In this document: positions 10,213 through 18,675 of the stretch, in pieces
How positions within the stretch are numbered: the stretch's first letter is position 1
Layout: each line of letters opens with the position of its first letter
Assembly: GCF_000829315.1 (NCBI RefSeq)
Contig: NZ_AP013028.1
Span: 780,001 to 812,000 of the forward strand
Length of the DNA stretch: 32,000 nucleotides
Direction: 5' to 3'
Source: Wolbachia endosymbiont of Cimex lectularius
GTDB taxonomy: Bacteria > Pseudomonadota > Alphaproteobacteria > Rickettsiales > Anaplasmataceae
Translations under genes and position numbers: made by a program
Notes under the pieces: generated by a model
The model's database searches: none
What the model was told of the DNA's origin: nothing
Seen by the model: only the letters and a program-made list of their open reading frames with translations

Positions 10213-11908
10213 TTATCCCTCCTTTTCTTGTTAAAAATAACTTTATTAATGATTGTTGAATTAGAGTCATGACATTACTGAATATCCAATATATTACCAA
10301 ACCTGAAGGAAAAGAAGAAAAAATGAAGATAGAAATGTAAGGTAAAAATCTCATAACGTTCATCTGAACATCATCTCTATTGATCTGATCTTTTTCACTG
10401 ATCTTCTGTTGAATTATCATGGTGACACCTAAAATTATAGGCAAAATACCTATAGAAATAGGGAAATTGTAACTAAATAATCCAAATAATGTAAAAATGT
10501 TTGTTGGATCAGGAGCTGAAAGGTCCTTAATCCATAAATAGAAAGGAGCGTGTCTCATCTCTATAGTAACAAATAATACTTTATACAAAGCAAAAAACAC
10601 CGGCACTTGTACCACCATAGGAAGAATGCTCGACATTGGGTTTACGTTGTTTTTTTTGTACAATGCGATTATCTCCTTATGCTGTCTTAAACTATCATCT
10701 TTATATAACTCTCTTATACGAACCACTTCAGGCTGCAAATTTTTCATTTTGAACATTGAAACGTACGACCTATTAGATAAAGGCAGCATCAAAAGTTTAA
10801 TTACTAAAGTTAGCAACAATATTGCTAAACCAAAATTTTTCAAAACGAAGTTAAAGTATTCAAGAAGTAAAAACACTGGTTTGGTTATGAAATAAAGAAC
10901 GCCAAAATCTACAGCTTTGTCAAATAAAGGTATACCTAGAGTACTTTTATAAGAATCCAGTAAATTCAACTTTTTTGCTCCAGCAAAAAAATAATTCACA
11001 TTAGAAACACTCGTACCAGGAAGTATGCTCTTGTAAGGCTTAACAAAATCTACTTGAAATTTATCAATGTTATTAACGTTCGTATGTTTAATGCTTACAT
11101 TTATTTTATCAGATTTTTCAGGTATGATAGCTGTAAGCCAATATTTATCAGCGAAACCAAACCAATTCTTTTCACTTGTGCTTGCTTTTATTAAGTGTTT
11201 CTTGGCAACATCTTTATATGTCCATTCCTCCAGTTTGTTATCAAATGCACCTATTACTCCTTCATGTGATATCCAATAAGATTCGTTAATATCACCGCGC
11301 TTACGGTTAATTTTACCATAAGGAACCAAAATTACATTATCCTTCGTATTATTTTCAATAATTTGCTCAACTTTAAACATGTAGTTATTGTCGAGGCTAA
11401 TTTTCATCTTAAATAAAATGCCATTTTCATTATCCCAAAATAAATTGATCGCCTTTTGATTAGTAAGTTCGGTTTTATCTGCCTGCCAGACCATTTTGGA
11501 ATCTGGAACTTTAATTTTATCACTTGGATCCAGCCATCCGAATTCTGCAAAATATACATCTTCTGATTCTGCAGGTGAAAGTAGCATCACTTGCGGAGAA
11601 GAATAATTTGGTTCTAAATGGTAATTAGTTAAAATTAGGTCATCAAACCTGGCACCTTTTAAAGAAATTGACCCTTTAACCATACTATTGGTTAAGCTAA
11701 TCCTTTGTTCTTGAGTAGAATTAATAATTTCGGAACGGTTTTGGTGTATTATAGGAGCAAGATCGTTAAAAGATTCTATGTGTTCAATATTTTCAATTGA
11801 TGGATGATCCTGGTCTGTATTAAGAAAATTATCGTAAATAACACGCCAAGATACCATAATTAACACTGAAAGGACAACTGCCAAAATTAGATTTCTTGCT
11901 TCTGACAT
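10190..11908 (-). CDS. yidC: Membrane protein insertase YidC
   Basis: [22 protein letters not shown]-terminus; C-terminal [48 protein letters not shown]; [14 protein letters not shown]-like. Confidence 0.95.
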   Translation of the reverse strand: MSEARNLILAVVLSVLIMVSWRVIYDNFLNTDQDHPSIENIEHIESFNDLAPIIHQNRSEIINSTQEQRISLTNSMVKGSISLKGARFDDLILTNYHLEPNYSSPQVMLLSPAESEDVYFAEFGWLDPSDKIKVPDSKMVWQADKTELTNQKAINLFWDNENGILFKMKISLDNNYMFKVEQIIENNTKDNVILVPYGKINRKRGDINESYWISHEGVIGAFDNKLEEWTYKDVAKKHLIKASTSEKNWFGFADKYWLTAIIPEKSDKINVSIKHTNVNNIDKFQVDFVKPYKSILPGTSVSNVNYFFAGAKKLNLLDSYKSTLGIPLFDKAVDFGVLYFITKPVFLLLEYFNFVLKNFGLAILLLTLVIKLLMLPLSNRSYVSMFKMKNLQPEVVRIRELYKDDSLRQHKEIIALYKKNNVNPMSSILPMVVQVPVFFALYKVLFVTIEMRHAPFYLWIKDLSAPDPTNIFTLFGLFSYNFPISIGILPIILGVTMIIQQKISEKDQINRDDVQMNVMRFLPYISIFIFSSFPSGLVIYWIFSNVMTLIQQSLIKLFLTRKGGINVENTNS

Positions 11909-12043
11909 AAAATTTAAGCTAAATGCATTTCCTTAAAGTGTATATTAAATATTGTACTAAAACAATAAAATTTACTTATTTTTAATAATAACTTTTAACG
12001 CTAATCTTTAAAATTTATTTTAATAGCTTCAAATTTTAACAAT

Positions 12044-12556
12044 ATGAACGCGGTAAAAAATCTAGTTATTTGGCTACTGATAATAGTTATCACCGCAATG
12101 TTTATCGATTCACAAGGAGACAAACTAAGCAACAGATTTCTCAGCACTTTTTTACCATATAAGGGGAGGATCCAAAATGGTGGAAGTATCGAATTTACGA
12201 AATCATATGATGGACACTTTTATATTCAAGCTCAAGTTAATGGTCGTAACATAACGTTCTTGCTCGACACCGGTGCAACCGATATTGTTCTGTCGCAAAA
12301 AGATGCAGTAAATGCTGGTATTAATCTGCAGAATATTCAAGATTTTAAAATATATGAAACGGCAAAAGGTCAAATAAGAGCTGGAGTGGTTCAAATACCT
12401 CAAGTTAAAATAGGAAATTTTTTGATCAATGATGTACAGGCCAGCGTTAACACTCATTCTATGTCCCATTCATTACTTGGAATGAGTTTCTTGAGATATT
12501 TTCATTTCACTATAAGAGATAATAAGTTGATATTATACCGCGAATCTGCTTATTAA
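12044..12556 (+). CDS. TIGR02281-type clan AA aspartic (retropepsin-like) protease
   Basis: [30 protein letters not shown]...[10 protein letters not shown]; single DTGA motif and N-terminal TM. Confidence 0.85.
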   Translation: MNAVKNLVIWLLIIVITAMFIDSQGDKLSNRFLSTFLPYKGRIQNGGSIEFTKSYDGHFYIQAQVNGRNITFLLDTGATDIVLSQKDAVNAGINLQNIQDFKIYETAKGQIRAGVVQIPQVKIGNFLINDVQASVNTHSMSHSLLGMSFLRYFHFTIRDNKLILYRESAY

Positions 12557-13414
12557 AGCTCTGCAGGTCAATATAGGAGCAGAGATAAATATTGCAGAAC
12601 AAGTGCCAATTGCAATACCAAAAAAGATAATCAAGCTGAAGTCTCTGACTGCACCTGTACAAATTAATGTCAAAGGAAGAGCAGCGAGCAGGGTCGTACC
12701 CGAGGTTAAGACAGTGCGAAACAATGTAGCGTTAATACTTGCATCTACCATTTCACTTATATGTCTGTCTTTACCACTTTTTTGATATTCTCGAATTCGA
12801 TCATATATAACTACTGAATTATTGATTGAATAACCAATTACAGTGAGGAGAGCTGCAACTGATGAAATATTAAACTCAATGCCAGTCAGGCTAATAAAAC
12901 CGACGGTTAAAATCACGTCATGAACTAGTGCTATTATTCCACCAAACCCGCATTGCCAATTAAACCTGAGCCAAACGTAGAAAAATATTCCAACAATAGC
13001 AATCAACATGGATAATATTCCTTCAAATATCTGTGTTGAGCCTATTTGTGGACCAACATAGTCTATCTTACGATAGCTTATCGAACCACCCAGTTTTTCT
13101 TCTAGTATGCTTTTTATCTTTTTAATTTTATCCTCATCTCCTTCCTCTTTAAAACGCATGACTAAATTGTCACCTGCTTTTGAACTCTGCACCGTAAAGC
13201 CATTTTCTTTCAATACATCAAGAATAGTACGATCTTCGCTCGAAGATTTTATTTCCATCAAGATTCCACCTGTAAAGTCTATGCCTAAATTCACTCCTCG
13301 TAGCACAACAGTGAGTATCGAAAAAATGACCAGAATAATACTAATGAGTGCAGTCAACTTTCTATATTTACTAAATTTGATATCGAGGTTGTCTGGAATA
13401 AGTCTAACTGCCAT
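12533..13414 (-). CDS. secF: Protein-export membrane protein SecF
   Basis: [57 protein letters not shown]. Confidence 0.93.
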   Translation of the reverse strand: MAVRLIPDNLDIKFSKYRKLTALISIILVIFSILTVVLRGVNLGIDFTGGILMEIKSSSEDRTILDVLKENGFTVQSSKAGDNLVMRFKEEGDEDKIKKIKSILEEKLGGSISYRKIDYVGPQIGSTQIFEGILSMLIAIVGIFFYVWLRFNWQCGFGGIIALVHDVILTVGFISLTGIEFNISSVAALLTVIGYSINNSVVIYDRIREYQKSGKDRHISEMVDASINATLFRTVLTSGTTLLAALPLTLICTGAVRDFSLIIFFGIAIGTCSAIFISAPILTCRALISRFAV

Positions 13415-14057
13415 GTTCTTTGCTTAAACTTAAATTTTATATACTTTTCAAAAGATTCACTAGTTTATTCTGTAATTGGATCATTGAGTTACGCAATGTC
13501 ACCAGTGATAAGCCAGTTACTTGGGAAATAACATTGATAGAAATACCTAACTGTGCAAGTCCCAGATTGTGCTGAATGTCTATACTGCCTAAATTTTGAA
13601 GTGAAAATTTTAATAAACAGCAAATAAACAAGTTTATCAAAAGAGAGTTAAATGTTAGGGTTTGCAGCATTCTGGAAATTCTAGACAATTTAAAATCAAC
13701 TTGGGATGGAGGAAGTTAGTGGCGGTTTAGACGTCACATACTCCTTCATCACAATGATAAAGAAGCTTACCTTTATCTCTGACGTATTTTAAAGGAATTT
13801 TGGGGTTATTGATGTCTTTACCACCAATATCATGCCATTTCTTTTCCCATGCAACATAATATGGCTCAAGGTCTTGCGGCGTTAATTTATATATTTCTTT
13901 CAGCTCTATTCCTTCATAAATAGCAAATATCCAATCCACTTTTCGGTATTTTGCAATTATTGTAGGATTCATATGATGATGAGTAGAAAAGTCTTTTGTA
14001 AGAACCTGTTTAAAATCTTGGAAATGTGAGGTAAAGTAAGCATAGATTAATAATGAG

Positions 14058-14378
14058 GTGTCTATGCAGAAAAGTTATCCAAGTAATATAAGTCAAGAGC
14101 AGTTTGAAAAAATCAGGCCAATTTTGGAGAGTAGCAAGCAGAAAACAAAACCAAGAAAACTTGATTTGTATGACGTATTTTGTGGGGTGTTGTACGTCTT
14201 AAAAAGTGGTTGTCAGTGGAGGATGTTACCAAAGGGTTTTCCAAGATGGGAAAGCGTATATTACTATTTTCGAGTGTGGAGTAAAAAGAATGGAGAAGAG
14301 CCAAGCTTGTTGGAATTAGTCTTAAAAAAAATTAGTTGGAGAGGTCCGTATCAGCAATGGTCGGAAAGAGAAAACTAG
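14058..14378 (+). CDS. IS5-family transposase N-terminal ORF (copy A)
   Basis: [25 protein letters not shown]...[37 protein letters not shown] (DUF4096-like IS5 N-terminus). Confidence 0.85.
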   Translation: MSMQKSYPSNISQEQFEKIRPILESSKQKTKPRKLDLYDVFCGVLYVLKSGCQWRMLPKGFPRWESVYYYFRVWSKKNGEEPSLLELVLKKISWRGPYQQWSEREN

Positions 14379-14389
14379 CTTTTGTATAA

Positions 14390-14752
14390 TTGATTCTCAA
14401 AGCGTTAAAAACGCAGATACTGCTGAAAAAAAAAGGCTATGATGCAGGTAAAAAGATTTCAGGGATAAAGCGCCATATTGCAGTTGATACACAAGGTTTG
14501 CCACATGCAATTTATGTAACAACGGCAGAAGCAACTGACCGTAGCAGTGCTGTGAAAATGGTCGAAAATGCTAAAGCAAACCTCTCTGAAGTTAAAAACA
14601 TACTGGTTGATGCTGGCTACACAGGAGAAAATTTTGCAACACAAATAAAAGCTATCATTGGTGCGACTGTTGAAGTAATAAGCGAAGTGAGTTACACACT
14701 TTCGTCGTATTGCCAAAAAGATGGGTTGTTGAACGCTCTTTTGCCTGGTTAG
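14390..14752 (+). pseudogene. IS5-family transposase C-terminal ORF (copy A), truncated by 1-nt deletion
   Basis: GYDAGKKISGIKRHIAVDTQGLPHAIYVTTAEATDRSSAVKM then frame lost at ~14680. Confidence 0.8.
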
Positions 14753-15331
14753 AAAAGTGCAGGCGATTGTGGAAAAATTGCGAGCGGAAGCTCAACACTA
14801 GCTTACAGATGATAGTCCTCTCCTTCATTTCTCTCCTGTTACGAAGATTTTAAACAGGTTCTAAGAAGAGCATTTATTGATTTAAGCTCATATTCATTAC
14901 CATACTCATCAATAGCATCATTTCCTTCGCGTCCTGGAAGAATAGTGAGTCCAGTTAGTAGTAAGACTTGTAGGATTTTTCCACCGTTGTCCTGAAATAT
15001 ATCATTTATACCATGCTTAACAGCAAACTCTTGATGTTTCCGTATATGGGGAAATAGTTCTTCCAGAAGTTTTCTATCTTGATAAGTTCCCTCCGGGTTT
15101 AGAAGTGCAGTAGGTACGACACCGAGCGCATCTGCTATGCGCTCAATATTATCTATAGAGATATTTCGCTCACCACGTTCAACGGAGCCTATATATGTCC
15201 TGTGTAATTTGCATAAATCAGCAAGAGTTTCTTGGGAAAGTCCTTTTATATTTCTTAGCCTTCGTATATTCTGAGAAAGAAGTAACCGTAGAGGTTGCCT
15301 TTTTATTTTCATCATCTCTACAAGGTAATAG

Positions 15332-15360
15332 TTGACAATTATAAGTCTACAGACTATAAG
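15332..15360 (+). promoter_or_regulatory. Strong promoter for the methyltransferase with embedded C-box-like palindrome
   Basis: TTGACA 15332-15337, 17-bp spacer, TATAAG 15355-15360. Palindrome AATTATAAGTC-TACA-GACTATAAGTA at about 15337-15362 (reverse: ACTTATAGTCTGTAGACTTATAAT). Confidence 0.75.
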
Positions 15361-15370
15361 TATCTTTTGT

Positions 15371-16402
15371 ATGGTAACCGCATTGGAAAAATTTAAATTT
15401 AATAATAAACCCACATATACTACAGATATGGGAGCTGCGTACTGTGGAAACTCTCTTAACTTATTGCCTCAATTACCAGATAATAGCTTGGATCTCGTAA
15501 TAACCAGTCCACCGTTTGCTTTGCAAAGAAAAAAAGAATACGGAAATGAGTCCCAAGCGGAATATGTTGCATGGCTTAGTCAATTTGCAAAGTTAGTACA
15601 TAGCAAACTCAAAGATACTGGCAGTTTTGTACTTGATCTGAGTGGGGCTTATGAAAAAGGCGTGCCATCTAGAAGTTTATATAATTTTAGAGTGCTTGTG
15701 CATTTCTGTGACGATATAGGCTTCTTTCTTGCAGAAGATTTCTATTGGTATAATCCTTCTAAATTGCCAAGTCCAATTGAATGGGTAAATAAGAAAAAAA
15801 TCAGAGCAAAAGATTCTGTTAACACAGTATGGTGGTTCAGCAAAACTAAGTGGCCTAAAGCAGATGTCACAAAGGTGCTAGCGGAATACAGTGACCGCAT
15901 GAAAAAACTTATCGAGAACCCAAAGGCTTATTATACTCCAAAGGAACGGCCATCAGGGCACAATATTGGTAGTAGCTTTGGCAAAGATAATGGAGGAGCT
16001 ATTCCATCGAATCTTTTGCAGATTCCCAACTCAGAATCTAATAGCCAGTATCTTGCTGCATGTAAGAAACTAGGTATAAAACAGCATCCAGCTAGATTCC
16101 CTGCTAAATTACCTCAATTTTTTATCCGGTTTCTAACACAACCAGGAGATGTTGTTTTAGATATTTTTGCTGGTTCTAACACAACAGGTTTTGTGTGTGA
16201 GCAAGAAGACCGTTGCTGGCTAGCATTTGAAGAAAATAGAGAATACCTTGCTGCATCTGCTTTCAGGTTCTTAAAAAAAGAATGCTCAAAGGAAGAGTTA
16301 GAAACTATTTATCAACGCATTGTTCATGGTGAAGAGCAAGTATTAAAGGCTAAGCAGCCTATATTGGATCTTAAATTCACTCAGCAGTCATTAGTAGTTT
16401 AG
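15371..16402 (+). CDS. PvuII-like beta-class DNA (cytosine-N4) methyltransferase
   Basis: [38 protein letters not shown] (motif IV SPPF) precedes motif [20 protein letters not shown] (beta order), with [19 protein letters not shown]. Divergent from the PvuII-like C-R gene. Confidence 0.92.
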   Translation: MVTALEKFKFNNKPTYTTDMGAAYCGNSLNLLPQLPDNSLDLVITSPPFALQRKKEYGNESQAEYVAWLSQFAKLVHSKLKDTGSFVLDLSGAYEKGVPSRSLYNFRVLVHFCDDIGFFLAEDFYWYNPSKLPSPIEWVNKKKIRAKDSVNTVWWFSKTKWPKADVTKVLAEYSDRMKKLIENPKAYYTPKERPSGHNIGSSFGKDNGGAIPSNLLQIPNSESNSQYLAACKKLGIKQHPARFPAKLPQFFIRFLTQPGDVVLDIFAGSNTTGFVCEQEDRCWLAFEENREYLAASAFRFLKKECSKEELETIYQRIVHGEEQVLKAKQPILDLKFTQQSLVV

Positions 16403-16793
16403 AAGCAAACTTGTGCTCTTCGTTCATGGTTTTCCCGTTTTTAGCAATAACTTTTTATATAAGCATTTTTGTTGCTTGTTATCTAAGTGGAGAAAGTCAC
16501 CTCTCCCCACTCAACTTCAAAACCGGACTTGTGACTTTCACCACATCCGGCTTCTCTCTAATTTGGTGTTTGTCATACATACTTCTCCATGTAATCAACA
16601 TTTCAAAGCTTGGTAAATTTATTTTTGTAGCTTAAATACGGCGTTTTCTATACTACTAGAGAGGTCGTATTCATTCATACCTAACACTTAATGTTGGCTC
16701 ATAACATATTAACCACTACTTACAACTTTACCCTCCAAATTACAGTGTCCACGTCAGCATATCCTAAACATTACTTTAGGCCTTAGAACCTGT

Positions 16794-17258
16794 TTAAAAT
16801 CTTCGTAACAGGAGAGAAATGAAGGAGAGGACTATCATCTGTAAGCTAGTGTTGAGCTTCCGCTCGCAATTTTTCCACAATCGCCTGCACTTTTCTAACC
16901 AGGCAAAAGAGCGTTCAACAACCCATCTTTTTGGCAATACGACGAAAGTGTGTAACTCACTTCGCTTTATTACTTCAACAGTCGCACCAATGATAGCTTT
17001 TATTTGTGTTGCAAAATTTTCTCCTGTGTAGCCAGCATCAACCAGTATGTTTTTAACTTCAGAGAGGTTTGCTTTAGCATTTTCGACCATTTTCACAGCA
17101 CTGCTACGGTCAGTTGCTTCTGCCGTTGTTACATAAATTGCATGTGGCAAACCTTGTGTATCAACTGCAATATGGCGCTTTATCCCTGAAATCTTTTTAC
17201 CTGCATCATAGCCTTTTTTTTTCAGCAGTATCTGCGTTTTTAACGCTTTGAGAATCAA
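16794..17258 (-). CDS. IS5-family transposase C-terminal ORF (copy B)
   Basis: 154-aa ORF identical to copies C and D. Confidence 0.85.
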   Translation of the reverse strand: MILKALKTQILLKKKGYDAGKKISGIKRHIAVDTQGLPHAIYVTTAEATDRSSAVKMVENAKANLSEVKNILVDAGYTGENFATQIKAIIGATVEVIKRSELHTFVVLPKRWVVERSFAWLEKCRRLWKNCERKLNTSLQMIVLSFISLLLRRF

Positions 17259-17269
17259 TTATACAAAAG

Positions 17270-17590
17270 CTAGTTTTCTCTTTCCGACCATTGCTGATAC
17301 GGACCTCTCCAACTAATTTTTTTTAAGACTAATTCCAACAAGCTTGGCTCTTCTCCATTCTTTTTACTCCACACTCGAAAATAGTAATATACGCTTTCCC
17401 ATCTTGGAAAACCCTTTGGTAACATCCTCCACTGACAACCACTTTTTAAGACGTACAACACCCCACAAAATACGTCATACAAATCAAGTTTTCTTGGTTT
17501 TGTTTTCTGCTTGCTACTCTCCAAAATTGGCCTGATTTTTTCAAACTGCTCTTGACTTATATTACTTGGATAACTTTTCTGCATAGACAC
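17270..17590 (-). CDS. IS5-family transposase N-terminal ORF (copy B)
   Basis: 106-aa ORF identical to copies A, D, E. Confidence 0.85.
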   Translation of the reverse strand: MSMQKSYPSNISQEQFEKIRPILESSKQKTKPRKLDLYDVFCGVLYVLKSGCQWRMLPKGFPRWESVYYYFRVWSKKNGEEPSLLELVLKKISWRGPYQQWSEREN

Positions 17591-18194
17591 CTCATTATTA
17601 ATCTATGCTTACTTTACCTCACATTTCCAAGATTTTAAACAGGTTCTTAGCTTTTTAGACAATCCCTCCAACATAAATGCTTGCGGCTGGCTACCTACTT
17701 ATTCCATAGGAATAAGAGCATATATGAGGTTACTCCGTTCCATGGTTTCGTTTCGCGTTAGACTTAGGTTTTTACTATTTGCCGGAAGCTGAGAACATCT
17801 ATAATCAAGAATAAATAATCTTGATTCCTCTTTTGCTTCATACCATTTTGGTCTATGCGTATCAACCTTGTTTCCATATTGGTACTAACGACAATTCAAA
17901 CATAAATTTCTCTCGTAACCATATCTAGCTCTGCTTGCAGGAATTTACGATAAGGTTTAGTATTACCTGCTTTTGTCTCATGCTTGCACCCCAGAGGTTG
18001 CCATTCTCTGAAATGTGAAACATACATTATCTCCGATGTCTAGAGAAGATGGAATTTAACCATCACAAAACCACGACTATTCGGATCACACATATATCTT
18101 TACCTCAACACTCTCCACATTAGCGTTAGTCACTGTCTATTTTCAATATTGGCGTTTTTCATAACGCTGCGCGCTCTTAAATTACCTAGCCACA

Positions 18195-18655
18195 AATATT
18201 TAAGAAATTTACCAAGTGAAAAAAAAGCAAAGGAAGCCCCGTGGTGGCTAATTATTTACTTTTGTGTCGAAATATCGGCGTTTTTTTTATTCTAAACGCT
18301 TGATGAATGCGACTTAGCTGTTTTTTAATGCAACTAACCTTAGCTGCAAACATTTAAAAAATTTACTAAACAGAAAAAACAGCAAAAGAAATCCCGGTAG
18401 CTAGTTATTTACTATCTATCCTATAATATTGGCGTTTTTTTATGTTTTAAACGACTTATAAGCGCGTTTGAGCTTGTATAGGTAAAAAACCAGAAGTTTT
18501 AAAAAGACATACGGTGCACATAGTGCAAAAAATTAAACATGAGACGCCAGATATACTAAGTTTTTTTGTCATTTAATCTGCACAGACTGAAGATAAATAA
18601 TAGCTTCAACTTTATGATAATGGGTTTGGAGGAACTTGTCAAGTAGTTTTTTTGT
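18195..18655 (+). repeat. Dispersed ~450 bp intergenic repeat, copy 2
   Basis: Aligns collinearly with 7131-7605 across its length. Confidence 0.85.
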
Positions 18656-18675
18656 GATGGTATAAAGGAGTCCTA

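Larger units (their letters stand above)
14002..14861 (+). mobile_element. IS5-family element (ISWpi1-like), copy A, 860 bp
   Basis: Ends GAACCTGTTTAAAATCTT / AAGATTTTAAACAGGTTC; TSD TAA (13999-14001/14862-14864). One nt shorter than other copies, frameshifting the 3' ORF ([15 protein letters not shown] vs [14 protein letters not shown]). Confidence 0.95.
13727..15315 (-). pseudogene. PvuII-like restriction endonuclease fused to N-terminal XRE/C-type controller (C-R fusion), split by an IS
   Basis: Two segments, 15315..14865 and 14001..13727. Virtual removal of IS+one TSD gives 726 nt (241 aa) in frame: [66 protein letters not shown]...[160 protein letters not shown], collinear with recalled R.PvuII. 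Confidence 0.92.
16786..17646 (-). mobile_element. IS5-family element (ISWpi1-like), copy B, 861 bp
   Basis: Same terminal inverted repeats; TSD TTA (16783-16785/17647-17649). Confidence 0.95.
16480..18091 (-). mobile_element. Group II intron 5' remnant (no RT ORF), interrupted by IS copy B
   Basis: Minus strand begins GTGTGATCCGAATAGTCGTGG at 18091 (GUGYG-like 5' end). Near 16500-16560 it contains AGAAGCCGGATGTGGTGAAAGTCACAAGTCCGGTTTTGAAGTTGAGTGGGG, the element commonly seen just upstream of intron RT ORFs. No RT is encoded. Confidence 0.55.

Noticed and set aside
13437-13688. 83-aa minus-strand ORF between secF and the endonuclease remnant
   Set aside because: No recognisable motif, low-complexity Leu/Ile/Ser composition; could be chance in AT-rich DNA.
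16411-16635. Two overlapping plus-strand ORFs of 74 and 67 aa after the methyltransferase
   Set aside because: They lie antisense to the group II intron-like structured region and read its palindromic motifs (PTQLQNRTCDFHHIRL); unlikely to be genes.
16819-17189. Plus-strand ORFs opposite the transposase genes (70, 61 and 63 aa), recurring in every IS copy
   Set aside because: They recur only because the IS is repeated; antisense shadows with no independent family evidence.
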